A DNA stretch of 28,453 nt from a virus: UHGV virus genome UHGV-0259231. The stretch is one strand, 5' to 3'. How positions within the stretch are numbered: position 1 is the stretch's first letter; every line of letters begins with the position of its first letter. The translations under genes and the position numbers were made by a program. Below are positions 9,103-17,837 of the stretch, piece after piece. A model generated the notes under the pieces. The model saw only the letters and a list, made by a program, of their open reading frames with translations. It was not told the origin of the DNA and ran no database searches.

Positions 9103-9744
9103 TCAGCGACCAATCACCACAACCTGACCACCATCACCTTCATCTGCTGTGCTGATCTCCTGAGATACCACACGTGATCCCACGCGCATTTCACCGTACA
9201 GAACGGGCAGAACATTGCCCTGGGCAACCATATTATCCAGTGAAGAAAAATAGGTGTTCTGTTTGCCGTTATCCGTTGTCTGTGTGCGGGGGGTTTTGGG
9301 TTTAGGGGCCAGCATCTGTGCAACACCGCCAAGCGTCATACTGGCACCGAGAGAAAACAGCAGATTACTCGCCATAATTCCTACCCCCGGCATCCATATA
9401 GCAACCGCCATAACAGCCGCCCCCAGCACAGCCTGAAACACACCGCCACTTTTGGCTCCTGCCAGACGCGGCACGATATGGATCACAGCACCATTTGCCA
9501 GCGGTTCATTAAGACGGGCTGATAATTCCGTTTCACCTGTATCACGCCCGGCAATGCGTACCTGATACCAGCCGTCGCTCAGCTTCTGACGAAACGCCGG
9601 GATCTGCATGGCCAGCGCCCGGATGGCTTCGGCCCCCGTTTTCACACGCAGATCGATGCGGCGGACAAATCGTTGTAAATCCCCGTAAAGGCAGATGCGT
9701 GCCATGCCTGGTGACGCCAGAGGGAGTGTGTGCGTCGCTGCCAT
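9103..9744 (-). CDS. I: Tail assembly protein I
   Basis: MAATHTLPLASPGMARICLYGDLQRF... and the C-terminus ...ISTADEGDGGQVVVIGR match lambda gpI as remembered. Confidence 0.9.
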   Translation of the reverse strand: MAATHTLPLASPGMARICLYGDLQRFVRRIDLRVKTGAEAIRALAMQIPAFRQKLSDGWYQVRIAGRDTGETELSARLNEPLANGAVIHIVPRLAGAKSGGVFQAVLGAAVMAVAIWMPGVGIMASNLLFSLGASMTLGGVAQMLAPKPKTPRTQTTDNGKQNTYFSSLDNMVAQGNVLPVLYGEMRVGSRVVSQEISTADEGDGGQVVVIGR

Positions 9745-10385
9745 TTGTCGGTATACCTCTCTCGTTTGCTCAGTTGTTCAGGAATATGGTGCAGCAGCTC
9801 GCCGTCACCACAGTAAATGGCGGCATGATTCGGCACCGATGAACCAAAACAGCACAGCAGCACATCGCCCGGCTGCGCCGCTGACAACGGCACCTGATAC
9901 AGCCCTGTGGCCTCCAGATTATCCAGATAGAGATTCTGACCGTGACGCCACCAGTCATCCTCGCGATGAAAATCCGGCATCTCAATTTCCGCCAGATGGT
10001 AAGCATCCCGGAACAGCGTGTAACAGTCCGTCACCCCGTGCTCAAAGCGCCGCCCGGTGAGATACGGCACACAGCGGAATTTATGAATCTCCCCACGGCA
10101 GACCAGCCACCACGGCAAATCACTCTGCACCTGCAGCCGCCGGTCGGCCTCACTCAGCCAGGGCAGACCACCGGGGTGGCTGTGGACCAGCGCCACAATC
10201 TCACCCTGCATCTCTGCCCGCAGCCAGTCCTCCGGCGACATCCGGAAATACGCCTCCGGCTCACCGGAGATATTCACGCAGGGAAAATATCTGTCCCCCT
10301 CCGGCGTTCTCACCACGAAGCCGCACGACTCCGCTGGCGCACATCGCCGGGCGTGCGCCAGAATCGCTGATTCTGTCTCTGTCAT
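9642..10385 (-). CDS. K: Tail assembly protein K (MPN/JAB plus NlpC/P60 domains)
   Basis: HSHPGG metalloprotease motif and an NlpC/P60-like region. ATG chosen at 10385 (MTETESAILAHARRCAP); the longer ORF-track start would overlap L. The 3' end overlaps I, as in lambda. Confidence 0.88.
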   Translation of the reverse strand: MTETESAILAHARRCAPAESCGFVVRTPEGDRYFPCVNISGEPEAYFRMSPEDWLRAEMQGEIVALVHSHPGGLPWLSEADRRLQVQSDLPWWLVCRGEIHKFRCVPYLTGRRFEHGVTDCYTLFRDAYHLAEIEMPDFHREDDWWRHGQNLYLDNLEATGLYQVPLSAAQPGDVLLCCFGSSVPNHAAIYCGDGELLHHIPEQLSKRERYTDKWQRRTHSLWRHQAWHASAFTGIYNDLSAASICV

Positions 10386-10389
10386 GGGT

Positions 10390-11088
10390 TTACTGCGAAA
10401 GTTTGTTAATGGAAAGGTAGCCGCCAAAATTGCCGACGTTATTGCGGAACTTGCAACCACTCAGGCATTTGCTGCACTTATCCTTCGTGATATCGGACGT
10501 TGGCTGGTCATATTCATCCGCGACCGCCGGGCCATCATAACCGCACTCATCGCCGCGGTAGATCCAGGTGCAGGTGTTGGCCAGCATGATGCGCCCCGGA
10601 AAAACAGCGCCATCCGTTTCCGTCGGTGTGGACAGCACAAAAGAGGCACTGACCGCGCTCAGTTCGCTGCACTGTTCGATGCGCCAGCGGCTGATCACCT
10701 CCTGCTCCGGATCGGCGTCACTGTTTCCGTTGACGAAGTTCACCGCATCCAGAAAACGGGCGTAAACCTTACGCCGGACCACCGTTCCGCCGACCAGACT
10801 CTGCAGATCTTCCGCCATCCCGGTGACCATGCCGTACAGATTAGAGACTTTAAGCGTTGGCCTTGCACTGGCTCCTTTGCCGTTCATCTCAAATCCGCTT
10901 CCCTGAATGGGATAAGCCTGATACTGCCGCCCCTGCCAGGTGACTGGTTCACCTTTTTCGTTCTGCTCATTACAGAAGAAATAACGATCTCCGCCGACCT
11001 CTGTCAGATCAATTTCCCAGAGCACGACCAGCGCGGATTGCTCCGTTTTAGTGCACTCATTGAGTGTTTCCTGCTGTATATCCTGCAT
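10390..11088 (-). CDS. L: Minor tail protein L
   Basis: MQDIQQETLNECTKTEQSALVVLWEIDLTEVGG... with the C-terminal cysteine cluster (CTWIYRGDECGY ... CSKCLSGC) typical of lambda gpL. Confidence 0.9.
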   Translation of the reverse strand: MQDIQQETLNECTKTEQSALVVLWEIDLTEVGGDRYFFCNEQNEKGEPVTWQGRQYQAYPIQGSGFEMNGKGASARPTLKVSNLYGMVTGMAEDLQSLVGGTVVRRKVYARFLDAVNFVNGNSDADPEQEVISRWRIEQCSELSAVSASFVLSTPTETDGAVFPGRIMLANTCTWIYRGDECGYDGPAVADEYDQPTSDITKDKCSKCLSGCKFRNNVGNFGGYLSINKLSQ

Positions 11089-11429
11089 CAGTGAGTGACC
11101 TCTTCAAAGGTACAGTTAAAATCGGTATACATGGCATTATCCGAAATGCTCCACTCCCTGCAGACAACCCGGACAGTCCTGTTGTGTTTTGGCGGACGCC
11201 ACAAAAAAGCACGAATCCCGGCATGACGGGATAAAAAACTGTCCAGCGCGGCACGGGAATATTCATCTGTGACACGAAATACCGGTTTAAACGTTTTCAG
11301 ATCCGCATTCAGACCACCAGCCCGTCGCTGTTCATATCCGTCACCAAACTTTACCGTAATAACTGATGGCTTTCGTGTCGTCTCCATCCCCTCACGGGGG
11401 ATCCAGTTAAAAACTTCAGGCTCAGGCAC
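11088..11429 (-). CDS. M: Minor tail protein M
   Basis: ...FNWIPREGME...VKFGDGYEQRRAGGLNADLKTF... aligns with lambda gpM (FRWKVKPGMD...VRFGDGYSQRAPAGLNANLKTY). Start is uncertain: GTG at 11429 has a GGAGGA Shine-Dalgarno; ATG alternatives are at 11444 and 11387. Confidence 0.8.
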   Translation of the reverse strand: MPEPEVFNWIPREGMETTRKPSVITVKFGDGYEQRRAGGLNADLKTFKPVFRVTDEYSRAALDSFLSRHAGIRAFLWRPPKHNRTVRVVCREWSISDNAMYTDFNCTFEEVTH

Positions 11430-14400
11430 TGTACAATCCTCCATCCCGACGCGATGACTGCATAATTGACACAACCCTGCTGTCGATCAGATCCACCAGT
11501 CCCCTGGCTGAGCGCGCATCTATCTCGCCATTGCTCCCTTGATTCTGAATGCTGATGTGATACACGGGAGAATAAACAAATCCACCACCACCATTCACAT
11601 TTCCAATGGCCCTGACCCCAAGAGAGCCGTCCGCTGCCCGTGTCAGTGGCATGATTGCTTCAGGCCCGGCCTCGCCCATCAACCCGGCACCTTTCGCAAA
11701 AGCAAAATACGTCGGTGTATCCACAATAGTGTTACTGTAAGCACTCAGATTTGCCGATGTGTAAACACCACCTTTTGCGTTTGCCACTGCCCCCGAAATC
11801 CATCCGCCGACCGTACCAAGCCACCCTCCGGCACCGGAGAGTGATTTCAGTCCGTTAACAATGGCTGCATTCATCAGAATTTTTGAAACTTCCCGGAGAA
11901 CTGAACTCCCCCAGTTCCTCCAGTCCACAACATTCCCGGCCAGTGCATCGGAAATATTTGATACCAGCCCGTCCATCGTGGAAACGACAGCATCTGCCGC
12001 CTGTGAAGCATAATCGGTGGCACTGTCTGCCCAGTTGGTCAGTCCCTCCTGGAGTCCGGCATTCCAGTTATTACGTAAAGCATCGGCCTTTGCATAATAA
12101 TCCTGCTGATCGCTGAGACGCTCTTCCAGATATTTTTTATTCAGTTCTTTCTCCTGTTTCCACAGGGCTTCTTCAATTTCTCCGGCCTGATACTGTCTCA
12201 GCAGCTCGTTATTTTTCTGCTCAAACGCCTGCCGGATACTCCACATTTCCTGGAGTCGTTCACGCATCCGTGAGCCTTCACCATATCCCAGCAACTGCGC
12301 TTCGTCAGATGCCCGGGCACTGGCATTACTGTCCGCCAGACTGCTCTCATACGCAGCAAGCTGCTCACGAATCTTTTTCTGGTCGATGAGTGCTGCATTC
12401 TGCAAAAGCGTTTTTTTCTGCGCTTCTGACAGGGTTGATAATTCGCCCTGACTGACCTGATATTTCATCTTAGCCAGTTCAGTATTCTGCCCTGCCAGTG
12501 CTATTTGTTCTTTTTGCTGTTTAATCAGCCGTTTATAAATATCTTCTGTTTTTTCCGCTTCGGTCTTTTTATACGCTTTGGGTTTATTTGCCTGGTTATT
12601 TCGCCAGGCATCCAGTGAGTTATTGATATAATTCTGTCTGGCTGTCTGATACGCCTCTCCCACAAAGCCGAGATCATCCGCAGCATAACCCAGGCGGGCA
12701 CGCTCACGGGCTTCCCCCTTCAGGCGGGACAGAGCCAGTTCGCGCTCGCTGTTATTCAGTGCGGTCTGCTGTTTATCATCCAGGGTTGCCTGTGGTAGCC
12801 GTAACGGTACATTCACCAGCCCCTGTCGCTGCAGAAGTAATTCATTACCGAGCCCGAGAAGGCGATTAAACTCGGTATGCTGCCCATTCATGATCAACAG
12901 GGACTGATACGCTTTGTTTTGTTCCGCGGCCTGTTGACGGATCAACGCCACCCGTCGCTCCTCCAGCCCGGCAAGCACATCCTGAATGGATTGCGCTTTG
13001 CCCTGCATTTGTGTGAGACGGGACTGTTCAACTGCCAGTTGATTTGTTGCTTCTGCAAGCCCTTCTGTGACAGTTTTTACCGACGTCATGTGGTTAATCA
13101 TAAAACCGTTATCGGTTGTCCAGCCCGGGTTTGCCAGCACATACTGATAGCCAGCAATTTTTTCCTGTAAGGATTTAATCTTACTTTTCTGCTCGTCAAT
13201 TAACCTGTTTTGCTCATCAAGTGCCTGCCGCGTCTTTTCCTCATTATCTGACGCTTCAGGAAGCGACATTGCCGACGTTTTCTGGCGAATTTCGTCGATT
13301 GTTGCGGCATACTGGCGTGCAGATTCTCTGGCCTGCTCCTGATTCTGATACATCGTGTACCAGGCCGTCGCCCCCAGCATGACGAGTCCCGGCACACCAC
13401 CAACCAACCCCAGCGCACCACTTAACAGACGACTCCCCACTGACGTGACAGTATTCAGCGTTGTCTGTGCAGCTGTTCTGGCCGCAATATTACGGGTAAG
13501 TGACGCCTGGGCAGCTGTCAGCTTCGCTTCTGCTGCGGCCTGCCTTTCGGTACCGCGAGCAGCAACAACCGCCTGTTGCGCACGATAAACCGCCGCACGC
13601 GCCCTGGCGGTTGCTATCTGTGTCCCCCGAAGTTGCGCTTCAGCAAGAGCCACTTCGTTTCTGGCTGCAGTAATTAATCCGGCAGTTGCAGATCCAGCAG
13701 ACGACGCCATATTGCCAAAATATCGGGCTACCCCGACGGCAACCAGTGCGCCAGCTGCAGCAGCCACGGTATCAATATTGTCTGCAACACCATTCAACAC
13801 CCCGGTGAGTGTCTTTGTCACTCCGCTTGCCTCGTTCGCACCACCAACCCAGGCCATAAAGGCGTTTTCAACTTTGGTTGCAGAGGATGAAACAGTATCA
13901 GGCATTGCTGCATATTCATCACGCAACGCCCCAAGCTGACTAATCAGTGCAGGAACAACCTTATCGGCGGTCAGTTTTCCGTTATCCGCCATGGCCTTCA
14001 GATCCTTACGGGCAACACCCATTCCCGCAGCCAGCGCACGAATAACACGATCGCCGTTCTCATTCACAGAGTTAAATTCTTCACCGCGCAGCACTCCCTG
14101 CGCCAGTGCCTGACTGAACTGCGTGATCACCGAACTGGCTTCTGCTGTACTGGCACCGGATAATTTCAGGCCCGTGGAGATCGCCTCGGTGACTTTCAGT
14201 ACCTCCTCAGAACTGTAGCCATACTCCCGCATGGAAGCTGCAGAGCGGGCAAAAAGGCTGGCGTTATCAGAAAACGCCGTTCCCGTTCTCTGGCTGATTG
14301 CCATTAATTCACGTTGTGATACCTGAAAATCATCACTGGACTGTGAAGCCTGCTTCAGACGGGCATTTACTGAATTCCACTCATCGGCGAGAGAAATAAG

Positions 14401-14655
14401 ATGACCGGTAGCAAAAGCTCCGGCAAATGCCCCCGCCATATTCAGTGCCGAAGATTTAGCTGTATTTATCTGATCCGTCACTTCTGCCAGTGCACGCCGC
14501 ATTTCACGGGATGCAGCAGCGGACTGCCGGCCTCCGTTCTGCATGGTACGGTAGTAATCCTGCCCCATACGCGAAGCCCGGGAGATCTCTGACTGGAATG
14601 ACCGGGAATTTGCCGAGATTTTAATAATCAGTTCACGTAATGTCGCCACACTCAT
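11422..14655 (-). CDS. H: Tail tape measure protein (H-like)
   Basis: 1077 aa, Ala/Gln-rich and coiled-coil-rich, sitting between the G/T chaperone genes and M. Typical tape-measure position and composition. Confidence 0.9.
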   Translation of the reverse strand: MSVATLRELIIKISANSRSFQSEISRASRMGQDYYRTMQNGGRQSAAASREMRRALAEVTDQINTAKSSALNMAGAFAGAFATGHLISLADEWNSVNARLKQASQSSDDFQVSQRELMAISQRTGTAFSDNASLFARSAASMREYGYSSEEVLKVTEAISTGLKLSGASTAEASSVITQFSQALAQGVLRGEEFNSVNENGDRVIRALAAGMGVARKDLKAMADNGKLTADKVVPALISQLGALRDEYAAMPDTVSSSATKVENAFMAWVGGANEASGVTKTLTGVLNGVADNIDTVAAAAGALVAVGVARYFGNMASSAGSATAGLITAARNEVALAEAQLRGTQIATARARAAVYRAQQAVVAARGTERQAAAEAKLTAAQASLTRNIAARTAAQTTLNTVTSVGSRLLSGALGLVGGVPGLVMLGATAWYTMYQNQEQARESARQYAATIDEIRQKTSAMSLPEASDNEEKTRQALDEQNRLIDEQKSKIKSLQEKIAGYQYVLANPGWTTDNGFMINHMTSVKTVTEGLAEATNQLAVEQSRLTQMQGKAQSIQDVLAGLEERRVALIRQQAAEQNKAYQSLLIMNGQHTEFNRLLGLGNELLLQRQGLVNVPLRLPQATLDDKQQTALNNSERELALSRLKGEARERARLGYAADDLGFVGEAYQTARQNYINNSLDAWRNNQANKPKAYKKTEAEKTEDIYKRLIKQQKEQIALAGQNTELAKMKYQVSQGELSTLSEAQKKTLLQNAALIDQKKIREQLAAYESSLADSNASARASDEAQLLGYGEGSRMRERLQEMWSIRQAFEQKNNELLRQYQAGEIEEALWKQEKELNKKYLEERLSDQQDYYAKADALRNNWNAGLQEGLTNWADSATDYASQAADAVVSTMDGLVSNISDALAGNVVDWRNWGSSVLREVSKILMNAAIVNGLKSLSGAGGWLGTVGGWISGAVANAKGGVYTSANLSAYSNTIVDTPTYFAFAKGAGLMGEAGPEAIMPLTRAADGSLGVRAIGNVNGGGGFVYSPVYHISIQNQGSNGEIDARSARGLVDLIDSRVVSIMQSSRRDGGLYSA

Positions 14656-14663
14656 TCTCCGGA

Positions 14664-14687
14664 CGAAAAAAAACCGCCGAAGCGGTT
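14664..14687 (-). terminator. Terminator-like hairpin between the T ORF and H
   Basis: AACCGC/GCGGTT stem with a 4-nt loop, followed on the minus strand by eight T, then the GGAGA Shine-Dalgarno and ATG of H. Confidence 0.4.
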
Positions 14688-14695
14688 ATGTTGAC

Positions 14696-15007
14696 TCACT
14701 GAGACACTATTAAAAGCGCGTTTTCCAGTCCGGCAAATGGATCTGATACGCCTTCTGTCTGCTCCTTCTCCCACTGAAGAAGCGCATCATTCAGTGGCAC
14801 TTTGACCCCCTGCGCACCGTAAACAGCTGAAACAATCTGGGCAGCCCGGATATCAGCCCGTTCGTCCCCCAGCGGACTGAACCTGTCAAATTCTGCCCAC
14901 ATCATGATTTCTGATGCTGACATTTCCCGGCGTAACTCTGACAATGTGCGCCCCATCCTGAGCGCCAGCATCATCAGAAAACGCATCCCCGGAAGCGCTA
15001 CTTTTTT
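14696..15007 (-). CDS. T: T domain of the tail assembly chaperone G-T fusion, reached only by a -1 programmed frameshift from G
   Basis: This ORF lies in the -1 frame relative to G (stop-codon low coordinates 14998 and 14696 differ by 1 mod 3) and is entered at the A-AAA-AAG heptamer. The conceptual fusion reads ...GEVKK-VALPGMRFLMMLALRMGRTL... Confidence 0.7.
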   Translation of the reverse strand, partial: KKVALPGMRFLMMLALRMGRTLSELRREMSASEIMMWAEFDRFSPLGDERADIRAAQIVSAVYGAQGVKVPLNDALLQWEKEQTEGVSDPFAGLENALLIVSQ

Positions 15008-15369
15008 TTAACCTCGCCGGCATCACTGATCAGTTCCAGAGACTGCCGAAGAAGCCGCGCATGCACCGGACCATACACGGCAATCACCTGTTCACGATCA
15101 TCCTCTGAAAATACAGGTTGCAGTCCGGTATCACACAGAACATCAATGAACAGTTCAACATCTGCCTCCAGATTTCGGCGGGCGCGCTCCGCAACGGATA
15201 ACGGTGTCTCATCATCTTTTGCTTTAACGATCTCCTGCCAGCGCAACCAGGCTTCTGCAGAAGGTTCCCGTAATACAACCGTTGCTCCCTCCCATTCAGG
15301 CACATCAACAGTTTTATGGCGAAACCCCGACATCGTTGCCAGTGCCAGATTGCGGATATTTTTAGTCAT
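14998..15369 (-). CDS. G: Tail assembly chaperone G
   Basis: Small acidic ORF between the major tail protein gene and the tape measure gene, ending in GTT AAA AAA AAG TAG. ATG at 15369 has a GAGGA Shine-Dalgarno; the ORF-track start at 15384 lacks one. Confidence 0.75.
   Translation of the reverse strand: MTKNIRNLALATMSGFRHKTVDVPEWEGATVVLREPSAEAWLRWQEIVKAKDDETPLSVAERARRNLEADVELFIDVLCDTGLQPVFSEDDREQVIAVYGPVHARLLRQSLELISDAGEVKKK
15001..15009 (-). promoter_or_regulatory. Programmed -1 ribosomal frameshift slippery site (A AAA AAG)
   Basis: Plus-strand run CTTTTTTTTA gives AAAAAAAAG on the coding strand, in the last codons of G. The same XXXYYYZ heptamer is used by dnaX. Confidence 0.7.
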
Positions 15370-15383
15370 CACATCTATCCTCA

Positions 15384-16088
15384 TTAACTGACGGTAACAG
15401 TGCAGGAAGTGGAGGTCACCTTGTTAACAGGGCTTGCTGAATCAGAAATCTCGCAGGTATACGCACCGGCATCACCTGATGCTGCTGATGCCTTACTGAA
15501 TGTTGCCGCCGTCTGTCCGGAAACAGGAGAACTACCTTTCTTCCAGACATAAGAATAAGGCGGCACACCACCGGCAGCCTCAACCACCATTTCGAGTTTC
15601 GCTCCGGCAGAAACCTGCAGCGTGCTGTTTAAATCGACCTTCACTTTCAGCGGCTCTGTCGTCAGCACAGGTTTACCTTTCAGGCGCAGGGAAAACGTTG
15701 CAGCCACAACACCATTGGTTCCTGCAGACCAGGTATGCTGACGCACCTCTGCCATAAAGGTAAATCCGTTTCCTGACGGAAAAATAACTTTAAAGCCATA
15801 CGTGGTGTCATTGTCATAGGCACTGCGCAACGCGTTCTGGGCAGCATTGAGGTAAAAGTTGCCTGACATGGAAATCTCTGACGCGGCACCAAGACCGTTA
15901 ATATTTTCCTGCTCAACAGAACACAGCGTGGTGACATCAATATCCTGCTTTTGTCCTGCGGTAAACTGCACCTCTTTGATTGTACAGCTCAGACCAAGAT
16001 AGCTGGCAGAATCCAGGGTTTCTGCTGTTACCGGTGCAGACGAAATCATAATTTTCGTCAGTTGCGAACGCTCAAAATTAGAGGACAT
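15384..16088 (-). CDS. Major tail protein with C-terminal Ig-like domain
   Basis: Sits immediately upstream of G/T. The C-terminal 90 aa are Ig-like (…PPYSYVWKKGSSPVSGQTAATF…GAYTCEISD…). ATG at 16088 (MSSNFERSQ…) is preceded by an AGGAGA Shine-Dalgarno; the longer ORF-track start would run through the upstream hairpin. Confidence 0.85.
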   Translation of the reverse strand: MSSNFERSQLTKIMISSAPVTAETLDSASYLGLSCTIKEVQFTAGQKQDIDVTTLCSVEQENINGLGAASEISMSGNFYLNAAQNALRSAYDNDTTYGFKVIFPSGNGFTFMAEVRQHTWSAGTNGVVAATFSLRLKGKPVLTTEPLKVKVDLNSTLQVSAGAKLEMVVEAAGGVPPYSYVWKKGSSPVSGQTAATFSKASAASGDAGAYTCEISDSASPVNKVTSTSCTVTVS

Positions 16089-16100
16089 ACTCGTCTCCTG

Positions 16101-16127
16101 AAAATAAAAAACCCGCCAGCGGCGGGT
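16101..16127 (-). terminator. Terminator-like hairpin between the tail completion gene and the major tail protein gene
   Basis: ACCCGCC/GGCGGGT stem, followed on the minus strand by TTTTTTATTTT. Confidence 0.4.
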
Positions 16128-16147
16128 GGGTAAAATCATTAACGACC

Positions 16148-16492
16148 TCAGGCTATTACCTGAAATTCAAGCGTGGCTCTGCTCAGACGGGAATCAGGAT
16201 CATAACCCTGAGTTTTAGAAATAACGGAGGGTGCAAGTTGCCTTACCGCATCAAGCGCCTGCTCACGGATATCATCTGCGTCATCAGGTACTGTTGCCCA
16301 GACATCGATCTGCACGGTAATTCTGGATTCAGCCTGACCATCAAGCACATCAGACGCAGTGTCAGACACCACAGAAAATACCAGCCATGGCGGAGATACC
16401 GCAGGCTTTCCCTCCGTCAGCGGGACCACATAAGGATAAACCTGTCCTCCGGCCAGTTGAGACAGCAGGGAATACAGTGTGGTCTCTCTCAT
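16148..16492 (-). CDS. Tail completion / tail terminator protein (HK97 gp11-position, DUF3168-like)
   Basis: 114-aa ORF in the expected position, overlapping the upstream gene in an ATGA junction. Assignment rests on synteny and size. Confidence 0.6.
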   Translation of the reverse strand: MRETTLYSLLSQLAGGQVYPYVVPLTEGKPAVSPPWLVFSVVSDTASDVLDGQAESRITVQIDVWATVPDDADDIREQALDAVRQLAPSVISKTQGYDPDSRLSRATLEFQVIA

Positions 16493-16935
16493 TTACTTAA
16501 GACCTCATCAATAGCCTGATTCATTCGCTGTATGGCAATCTGTGCTGCCAGTTCCTCTGTCGTATCGAAAGCCGGGCGAATGAACGGATGCGCGGGCATG
16601 TTTATCGTTCCCAGCTCCACAAAGCGCCAGTAAAACGCATTTCGGGGATCACTGGCTTTCATGCTGTTATCACTGTTTCCGGTCCGCAGGTTCCGTCCAC
16701 GAATGTGGACACCCGAGATAATTTCCCCCCGACGCTTTGAACGCTGAGTGAGAACAACCACATTTTTCTTCAGTTTCCCGGTTCGCTCCGGCGCACGTTC
16801 AACAACTGCATCCCGCATAACTTCAGCACCGGCACGGGTGGCATCGCGCAGTACCTTATTGTTTTCTGCCCTGCTGAGCGTCTCCAGATCCCGTGCAATA
16901 TCCGCCAGACCTGAAAAATCAAGACTGAAATCCAT
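16489..16935 (-). CDS. HK97 gp10-family neck/tail component
   Basis: 148-aa ORF, ATG at 16935 overlapping the upstream stop (TGATG). Assignment rests on synteny. Confidence 0.6.
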   Translation of the reverse strand: MDFSLDFSGLADIARDLETLSRAENNKVLRDATRAGAEVMRDAVVERAPERTGKLKKNVVVLTQRSKRRGEIISGVHIRGRNLRTGNSDNSMKASDPRNAFYWRFVELGTINMPAHPFIRPAFDTTEELAAQIAIQRMNQAIDEVLSK

Positions 16936-17273
16936 CACACATTCCCCTTCTGAGAACAGAGTATCTCAAGCCGTGTGGCACGAGCATCCGGTATCGGCGG
17001 ACCGTCTATACTCAGAATCGCGCCTTTGAATGCACCAGTCAGCACTTTCAGACATGAAGTTGCTGTTACATCTCGCCGGAATCTCATCCAGACCCTCACT
17101 GTAGCCTGAGCAGTTTCTGCGCCTCCGGATATTCTCTCCCTGCCACTGATCCCCTTAACTTCTGCCCATATGGTTGCCCCCTCCGTCATTGTTTCCACAG
17201 GGTGCCCTGACGGAGACCGAACGGTGGTGGCATTCAGAATAACCACACGATCACGTAATCTTCCTGCCTGCAT
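16935..17273 (-). CDS. Head closure / head-tail adaptor protein
   Basis: 112-aa ORF with a strong AGGAGG Shine-Dalgarno, in the position of the head-tail joining genes. Confidence 0.6.
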   Translation of the reverse strand: MQAGRLRDRVVILNATTVRSPSGHPVETMTEGATIWAEVKGISGRERISGGAETAQATVRVWMRFRRDVTATSCLKVLTGAFKGAILSIDGPPIPDARATRLEILCSQKGNV

Positions 17274-17281
17274 GAATCCTC

Positions 17282-17587
17282 CTATGTTCCGGGATGAAAT
17301 CGATACATCCGCAGTCCGGTATAGAAAAAATCAGGCACTGCATCCTGCATTTCCCTGTTCTCGTACCAGTAGCCAACCAGTTGCATAAGACGCAGTTTTA
17401 TCAGAGGTGTTATTACAAGCCCGGTCGTATCCTGCTCAGAAACAGTTTCATCGTAAAGCGTCCGGTTTAAAAACTTTTCAGCCTCTTCCCTGGCAGCAGC
17501 CAGATACATCATAAGAAGAGAATTCTCCTGTTCATTGTCATCATCAATCCGGCACTGAACACGAAGCTCTTCCAGAGTGGGCATCAT
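17282..17587 (-). CDS. Head-tail connector (gp6-like) protein
   Basis: 101-aa acidic ORF following the capsid gene region, with a GAGGT Shine-Dalgarno. Confidence 0.6.
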   Translation of the reverse strand: MMPTLEELRVQCRIDDDNEQENSLLMMYLAAAREEAEKFLNRTLYDETVSEQDTTGLVITPLIKLRLMQLVGYWYENREMQDAVPDFFYTGLRMYRFHPGT

Positions 17588-17598
17588 TTGGGCAACCT

Positions 17599-17787
17599 CT
17601 ATGAATGCTGTTTTTTAGACTTATCAGCCCCCCGCGCAACAGGTGTTCTCTTATCAGAGACAATCCCAGCTGCAGTGGCAATTTCGCGTACCCGTTCGGG
17701 TAATTCTTTATCTTCATACTCACCGGCCCGAATAATCTCAACACGCATACCGTCCGGTGACCATTTCAGATCTTGTTTCAGGATCAT
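17599..17787 (-). CDS. Small charged hypothetical protein (62 aa) between the capsid and connector genes
   Basis: ATG at 17787 with a weak GGTGA Shine-Dalgarno; the stop is 11 nt upstream of the connector start. No family recognised. Confidence 0.4.
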   Translation of the reverse strand: MILKQDLKWSPDGMRVEIIRAGEYEDKELPERVREIATAAGIVSDKRTPVARGADKSKKQHS

Positions 17788-17809
17788 GATTCTTTCACCT
17801 GTCAGAACA

Positions 17810-17829
17810 GGGGCGCACTTCTGCGCCCC
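17810..17829 (-). terminator. Perfect 8-bp GC stem-loop immediately downstream of the major capsid gene
   Basis: GGGGCGCA-CTTC-TGCGCCCC. The downstream tract is only weakly U-rich, so it may be a partial terminator or an mRNA-stabilising hairpin. Confidence 0.45.
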
Positions 17830-17837
17830 CTGAATGA

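Noticed and set aside
10384-11094. 236-aa plus-strand ORF antisense to L/K
   Set aside because: Mirror-image ORF opposite gpL, whose translation matches lambda L; no independent support.
17544-17744. 66-aa minus-strand ORF overlapping the 62-aa ORF and the connector start
   Set aside because: Alternative frame overlapping two better-supported genes, with no ribosome-binding site.
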